From Picochlorum sp. SENEW3 (lineage: Eukaryota), in contig CP120461.1 of assembly GCA_034226945.1 (NCBI GenBank), positions 434,001-498,000 of the forward strand: DNA of 64,000 nucleotides. The letters are read 5' to 3'. This document shows positions 57,902 through 64,000 of the stretch, one piece after another (within the stretch, counting starts at the first letter, position 1; each line of letters starts with the position of its first letter). A program made the position numbers and the translations under genes. Below the pieces are notes generated by a model. It worked only from the letters and a program-made list of their open reading frames with translations. It had not been told where the DNA came from and ran no database searches.

Positions 57902-58364
57902 TTACATGGTCCCATTATCTGGCATGCCCATTCCACCAGCCCAATCTGCATCCTCCTGGGAATGTGGCTTAGGACCCTGCAATTCTTTAATCCTTTTCTT
58001 GTGTGCTTTCGTCTTTTCATGATCCGTCTGAGCTCGCTCTGAGACAAAGTATCTGGAGCATGGTGTACAGTAAAACTTGCCTCTGCCTGGGATATCTTCA
58101 TCCAGTTCCTGGCTGCAATACGTGTATAATACTACTCAGTCATATTTAAAATTAAACACAGTATACACACATGTATGTATCCACGCACATGCTTGTTCCA
58201 ACAGGTCCATGGGTACCTGTCACAACACCTTGTGGTGGTTTTCTAACATCCTCCCAAGCCTGGTCAATATGACGCGCTCTAAACTTTTTTCTCACCCCCC
58301 TCTTATGCAATGATCCATGCTTTCTACTAGATCCAGTCTTTTTGCTTCTACCAGAAGAACCCAT
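57902..58364 (-). CDS. BUD20: Zinc finger protein 593 / Bud20 (2 exons)
   Basis: RHIDQAWED.../ELDEDIPGRGKFYCTPCSRYF...HEKTKAHKKRIKEL...PHSQEDADWAGGMG. Confidence 0.9.
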
Positions 58365-58653
58365 CTGCAGCTGAAACTTGAAGGAATTCTTCGAACTACC
58401 TGCTCACTTGGCAAGATGCATGTGATATAGAGGCACCACGAAATCCCTCTATCCCTTCCCCTGGGTCTATTTTCTCACTTCTATATATTAATAAGATTGC
58501 ATTTCACATGCATTGCGCCGCATACCTCAATTGAGGTCTTGCATTGAGGGCCTGCATACCAATACTATCAAAATAACAAGGATCAACATTTTCAAGAGAT
58601 ACCTGTGCATCGTGCTATCCACGCTGTTTTTGAAAACTCAACAATAATGCATC

Positions 58654-59729
58654 ATGAGTGAAGAATACCCAAGGAAAATTGCACAGATAGTCGCAGCAGA
58701 GATGCTGCAGTCTAAAAGTATAGAGGGCGTGCAAAAATCTTCGTTAGAGGTCCTTGAGGATCTATTATTGCGGTATTTGACAGAATTAGGAAGACAGTCT
58801 CATAAAAATGCGGAAATAGCTCGGCGCACTGTATGCAATCCCACAGATGTGGTATGTTCACATTCTTTTTGGGACACGTGTGTGGACGTACAAATACTAA
58901 CCCCGTTCTCTTTTCTTTGCCGCAGATGGTAGCATTATCGAATCAAGGGATTTCAATCGAAGATCTGCAAAAGTATAGAAAGTCGGCACCAGATGTTGAT
59001 TTCGCTCAACCGGTCTGTGACTTTCCTGTACCAAAAAAGGTCACCCAAGGAAAGACGTTTGCCGAGCTAAACGAAACTCCTCCTGGGAATATCCCCGATT
59101 TTCTGCCAGCATTTCCAGATGAACATGCGTATGTCGAGACGGAGGAGTATACTCCAGTGAATAATACGGTGACTGAGCAGATGAAGAAGATTATAAAGCA
59201 GAAAGAGGCTGCAACAGAGGCATTGGTTGCTATGGCAGACAGGGTTGCGCCGCCTGTTCTTGAAAAGAACGAAGAGGTAGAGAAGACGACAAAAACTGAC
59301 GAGGATGGTAGTGCTGAGAAGAAGAATCCTTTCCTGTTGCCAGCGAGCTGGGAGGACACGACTTCCAATACAATAGATGCCCTGCTGGCTGTGGACAGTA
59401 GGTTACAGGACAAGACGAAAGGTGACGATACAGTGCATTCGGATGGTGATGTACAAATAGAAGCGAGTCCATCTGCACCTGTGGCAAAACCAGTCGGGCC
59501 AAAAGAGCTGTTTGCACAGTGGTCATGGGTTGGAGGACTAACAGACAGGAATAAATTAGCTTTCAGTGGGGCCAAAGCCGCCGCGCTGTATGATTCGGGA
59601 GAAGGTGAGTTTGTCCAGAAAAGGCAAGTAGAGAATCTGTTGACACAGAATGTTACCGAAGAACGAGAAGGCACTGCAGCAGGAGCAGAGAATCTTGATG
59701 CCATGGACTTGGATGATGAAGAAATCTAA
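58654..59729 (+). CDS. TAF8: TFIID subunit 8 (2 exons)
   Basis: Histone fold LEVLEDLLLRYLTELG...AEIARRT; TAF8_C IPDFLPAFPDEHAY. Confidence 0.88.
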
Positions 59730-59777
59730 ATCATCTTCTCAACCATGAATAGAAAAAAAAATACGTATGCATATCAT

Positions 59778-60245
59778 TTACTCGCTTTCTTCTGTAGCAA
59801 AGATGAAGCTTCCCAAATGAGAATCTCCAAAGACAATTTCTTCTCCAACTCGAACAGCAACCTCCTGGTTGGGCTCAATCTCTTTCCCATTCAACAATGT
59901 GCCATTCGTACTCCCAAGATCCATCACTGTAAGAACGTTGTCCTCATCTAGCTTCAAGAGGGCATGACGCGCAGAAATGGTGGGGACATTAACTTTTATC
60001 TCAACTTCTCCTTCACGGCCGAGCTCAAAAACTCCAGGAGACAATTCGATCACCGCAGGATCTGGGTTGTCAAATGTCGCAGATATATGATCTGTCCCGC
60101 CATCGCCATTTGGAACGAGCAAGTACCTCGTCGCGTGGCAGACGAGCGCGTGTCTTCTTGAGGCCACGTGTCCCCTTCCGTGGGCGAACACTCGTGGGAG
60201 AGGAGCCGCCAGCATGCAAACTGCACAAGTTGTATACATTTTCAT
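59778..60245 (-). CDS. Plastid-targeted FHA-domain protein
   Basis: LGRE...PTISARHA...DLGSTNGT...FGD; transit peptide. Confidence 0.88.
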   Translation of the reverse strand: MKMYTTCAVCMLAAPLPRVFAHGRGHVASRRHALVCHATRYLLVPNGDGGTDHISATFDNPDPAVIELSPGVFELGREGEVEIKVNVPTISARHALLKLDEDNVLTVMDLGSTNGTLLNGKEIEPNQEVAVRVGEEIVFGDSHLGSFIFATEESE

Positions 60246-60530
60246 CTAGGGTTTTGATGAAAAGACAGCATGAACGAGTGAAATGAGTGAAACAAGGGAG
60301 AGAACAAACCTGTCTGGGTCTTGAACATTTTCAACAGGTAGATGAATGACACAGAGCCAATCGATGCGTTATACGATCTTTTACAAAGATTTTCAGTCGA
60401 ACTATTTTAATTTAATGATGGTAATACACGGTAGGTCGCAATCGCAATGCCTATCATCAATAGATGGAAGGCAGCACATCTCTCATGAGAGAGATGAGAT
60501 CTCTGGATTCTCCCATACATTCCATCTCAG

Positions 60531-62076
60531 CTACCACACACTTCCACCCATTTCTTGTCTTTCTCTTTCATATTGTTCCCAATATTGATAAATGTTTGTC
60601 ACTGCCAAGAGAATTCCTGTTCCGGATCCAATAGCACCCATAAAGTCAGCCACAATGGTTAATGCGCCAATGCACATTCCACCAAATGCGGCAGCTGTCG
60701 GAATATAACGATTAAGCTCCTTCTTTAATGATCCCACCGTATCCCGGTGACCTTGCAAAAAGTACTGCTGCTCACGCAAATTCTTTGCAACTTCAGATGC
60801 ACTCTGACCAGACACTTCAATCCAGGTCACAGAGAAGAGGGCACAGGCAGCCAACATAAAGGCAACATAGAAAACTGTATGGATTGGATTCGCTGCAGCC
60901 TCAGCAAGAGAGTGTGGTGGTGTAATATAATACACGAGTCCACCAACCGGCATCATCTGCTCAGAGTACATGCTATCTGCTTCCCAGCGTCCTAGCAACT
61001 GTACCAAAATATTGGCACCAAAGCGCTTGTACAGCATCTGTGAAACAAAGTACAGATTTGATACAAGAGCTGACTGAAGAATAATTGGCATATTGGATGT
61101 ATAGAAGAGCTTGATGGGATAGTTCATGGATGCTCCGCGTGCCCTCTTTGACCTCATTGGAAGTTCCACCTTGAATCCCTGGAAGTACACAACCATGCTG
61201 AAGACTCCCACAGTTGCGAGCAACTGCATCATATTGGGCATTCCCTGGCGATAGAAAGCTTCTTTCATGGCTTTCGTCTTATCTCCTCTGGTCAACAGCA
61301 ACTGAACGGTGTTAATCATGGCACCTTCAAACTGTGGGCCTGATCCCATGTTGAAGGTATACGGACTCAGCGCCTTCCACATGATGCTCTCGCAAATATT
61401 CGTAGAAATGAACAGACTGATTGCAGATCCGAGACCCCATCCATTCTGAAGCATATTGTCGATCAGCATAACAAGCAGCCCAGCAAAGAAGAGCTGGGCA
61501 ACAATCAAGACACAATTGAACACACCAAGCTCTGACGGTGGACCATACATACCGGTCCAAACATACACAATAGCCTGTCCCAGAGTAATCAATAATCCAA
61601 GAGTTGATTCGGCAGTCTTCATAAGCTCCCGGTCACTCTTCACGCCCTGATCAATCTCAATCAAGCTGGATCCGACCAGCAACTGCACGATCAACCCAGC
61701 CGTGATAATCGGACCGGTTCCCAACTCCATCACAGTTCCTCTACTAGAAGCCATAATCATTCTGGCCCAGTACAGAGGATCTGCCCCGCTGGATGCCTTG
61801 ATCCCATACAGAGGAAGTTGCGAGCACACCAAAAAGATTGCCAAGCACGCGAGCGTCGTGACGAATCTCTTCCTACAATACAGTAGCAATCAACCGTCTA
61901 TCAAATATATGATACATCATGGATGGCATAGCATCGTGACTGAGCAGCCTCGATGCGCCATGGTCATCGACTGATGGAACGTACTTGAAGGGAACTCTTC
62001 GTTCCTGTGGAGCAGGCACATCAGGAATAATCCTTTGTGCCGGCTTGAATAAATTCAGCAATTTGAAATTTCCCAT
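60531..62076 (-). CDS. SEC61A: Protein translocon subunit Sec61 alpha (2 exons)
   Basis: [51 protein letters not shown]. Confidence 0.96.
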
Positions 62077-62140
62077 CGTCAATTAATTGTACAAGTTTGG
62101 CGGGAAGGGTCAAGGCTTTACCTCATGCTTCCTGTGTGCT

Positions 62141-62167
62141 CATCATCATCATCATCATCATCATCAT
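62141..62167. repeat. (CAT)9 microsatellite
   Basis: Read directly from the sequence. Confidence 0.9.
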
Positions 62168-62486
62168 GATGAGCAGCGTATGTGGGACTCATGAGATAAT
62201 GTCGAGATGAGATGGAGGAGACATGTGTTTGTCATCGCAGGGGGAGTACCCTGTTGACACATGCAATGAAAACACACACAAGCAACACACACGTGTTATG
62301 CCATGTTACATATATATATTAATATAGAGAGATGACAACCTTTTTTTCCAAAGCACTGCAGACCACTGCTCAAATGCGAAAAGGCTCTTCCATAGGGACT
62401 GTGTCGCACGAGCAACCTCCCAGGAATATGGTGCCTTTCCTTGGACTTGAGAGCAGGAGCCGTCAACGCAGCAGCGGAGGCGCCAT

Positions 62487-62733
62487 TTATTTGGCTCTTT
62501 GTCTTCTTCTCTTACGCTTTAAGCGTCTCATTCTCTTCTTTCTCCACTGCATATAATACATCGAATATTATGTGAGCCATATAGAGCGTCAATGAGATTG
62601 TGCAATCGTGTTGAACATGTTCTGCTGATGGCCGAGAACGAGTTGAAAACAGCCGTGCGCATGGCTTGGATGGAATCCAAGGGCGTCTTAATTACTCAAA
62701 TGTATCAGAAGGATGACATACCTTGGCTCTCAT
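62487..62733 (-). CDS. RPL41: Ribosomal protein eL41, 23 aa (exons 62733-62722, 62546-62487)
   Basis: ATGAGAGCCAAG|GTATGT...GCAG|TGG gives MRAKWRKKRMRRLKRKRRRQRAK*. Confidence 0.93.
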
Positions 62734-62960
62734 ATTGACTTTATTCAGAAATACAATATGCGGATCCGAGGGGGTGGCTGCGGCTCTTGTGACTTGGATG
62801 GACTCTCGTGATTGGATGGAACCTCCCATCAGAAAGGGTGTGTGATGGGCATGGTACCGCGCCTTGCTGGTGTACCCCACAGAGGATTTCATTCTTGGTC
62901 TGAAGGGGTTATGCAGGGTGATATGGCACAAAGGTAATATAATTATATATATAGATCACA

Positions 62961-64000
62961 ATGTCTAGTAGTAAATCGTCACCATCGGTGAAAAAGGAGG
63001 GGAATGGGTCATGGCTGGATGGCCCTGAATTCAGGGGTAAAAAGATTCCTGTGGTGACTGCGAATGGTGAGAAGAGGATGATGAGTATGAAGCAGTTATA
63101 TGAGTCCATTGTGAGGGAGAATGCAAAGGTGATGGCGAGGCGAGGGTGGAGTGATAAACAGACTCTTTCTGAAATGGAGGAAAGAGACCTCGAGCTGCAG
63201 CGCATGGGTGGGGGCAGTTTCGATGTTCCTGGAGGTGGATTGCTATCCCGGGTGGGAGCGTGGAGGAGGAGCCGAGATGTCGCGTACGGTGTGTATTGTC
63301 GAAGTGACAGGGTGCATGAGGTGCTTGGGAAGAGATGGAAAGGTCGGGAGCCAGAGAGTGTGATTGAGTCTGGTACATTCGAATGGGATGCATTGCGCAA
63401 GTGCCATGGGTTAGATATGCATGCTATGATGGTGATTATGAGGCCCATATCGTTGCGTGAGATTCGCCCAATGGTGAAAAAAGAGTTGGAGAAGAGGGTT
63501 GACAAGCTATCAATGTCTCGTGAAGGGGCCCAGGATATGCGAGCGGACATAGATACATTTGTGAGTATATTTGATGAGAAAATGTTGCAGGGATCTGCAT
63601 GCGTAGATGGTGAGAAGGTGAAGAAGGGAACTCATGTCATTCTTTCTTCCACTCCAAAGGCTGAACTGGTTGTTGAAACAATTAGTCCAGGTCCTATTGC
63701 GACGAGGAGGACCAGTTTGATTGGTATAAATAGAAATCCAATAGTAACAGCGGCAGCATTTGATTGCTTCGTCGGCCATGATGCCATAGATGTGGGTGGT
63801 GGTTTGACATGCTTGGATGGTCTCTTGTGGTGTGCGAATGGATTGGAGACAGATACCAGGACGAATGCGAACAGTCAAGTGAGTGAAATTGATGTTGATG
63901 GCACCGAGCTGTTTGACCCTTTTACGGGAGTCGAGACGATCGCTCTGGATTCAGCAGGGATCTTTCAACGTGTGAGTGGGACACAAAGGCCCAAGAGATT
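62961..64000 (+). CDS. Chalcone-isomerase-fold (FAP/AIM18-like) protein, runs off the window
   Basis: Open from ATG 62961 to the window end: AYGVYC...VIMRPISLREIR...FVSIF...KKGTHVILS...NPIVTAAAFDCFVGHDAID. Confidence 0.7.
   Translation, partial: MSSSKSSPSVKKEGNGSWLDGPEFRGKKIPVVTANGEKRMMSMKQLYESIVRENAKVMARRGWSDKQTLSEMEERDLELQRMGGGSFDVPGGGLLSRVGAWRRSRDVAYGVYCRSDRVHEVLGKRWKGREPESVIESGTFEWDALRKCHGLDMHAMMVIMRPISLREIRPMVKKELEKRVDKLSMSREGAQDMRADIDTFVSIFDEKMLQGSACVDGEKVKKGTHVILSSTPKAELVVETISPGPIATRRTSLIGINRNPIVTAAAFDCFVGHDAIDVGGGLTCLDGLLWCANGLETDTRTNANSQVSEIDVDGTELFDPFTGVETIALDSAGIFQRVSGTQRPKR

Noticed and set aside
58523..58536. Palindrome ACCTCAATTGAGGT, and recurrent TCATGA-centred palindromes in spacers (~32710, 34585, 60485, 62190)
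   Set aside because: Short, and enrichment cannot be shown without counting; may be chance.
1..64000. CRISPR arrays, tRNA/rRNA genes, transposase or viral ORFs
   Set aside because: None recognised; the repeats present are coding minisatellites, microsatellites or a gene duplication.

Overview
A very compact eukaryotic nuclear region, about 45% GC by eye, with short GT-AG introns, TGTAA polyadenylation signals and many plastid-targeted genes (DapL, thylakoid signal peptidase, CAB-domain ferrochelatase, TGD2, PSRP6). This points to a small-genome green alga; a Picochlorum-like trebouxiophyte is my inference. I support about 40 protein-coding genes, most of them conserved housekeeping genes. 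Five are missing from the ORF track and were assembled by hand: a DUF676 esterase and a chalcone-isomerase-fold gene at the window edges, eL41, PSRP6 and a 71-aa three-exon membrane microprotein. The most notable non-routine signals are: (1) a ~560-nt, densely base-paired, apparently non-coding locus at 37.0-37.6 kb bounded by Pol III-like T-runs (unidentified ncRNA candidate); (2) same-strand genes only 23-29 nt apart (bicistronic candidates) and convergent genes whose poly(A) signals are fused to stop codons; (3) an old 2,220-bp tandem duplication with a near-identical gene-conversion core, a nonsense change in one copy and a decayed esterase relic; (4) a 77-bp TA-flanked MITE-like inverted repeat; (5) a stand-alone ANP32E-tail-like acidic protein and a heptatricopeptide-repeat protein. 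All family assignments come from motif recognition by eye; no searches were run.
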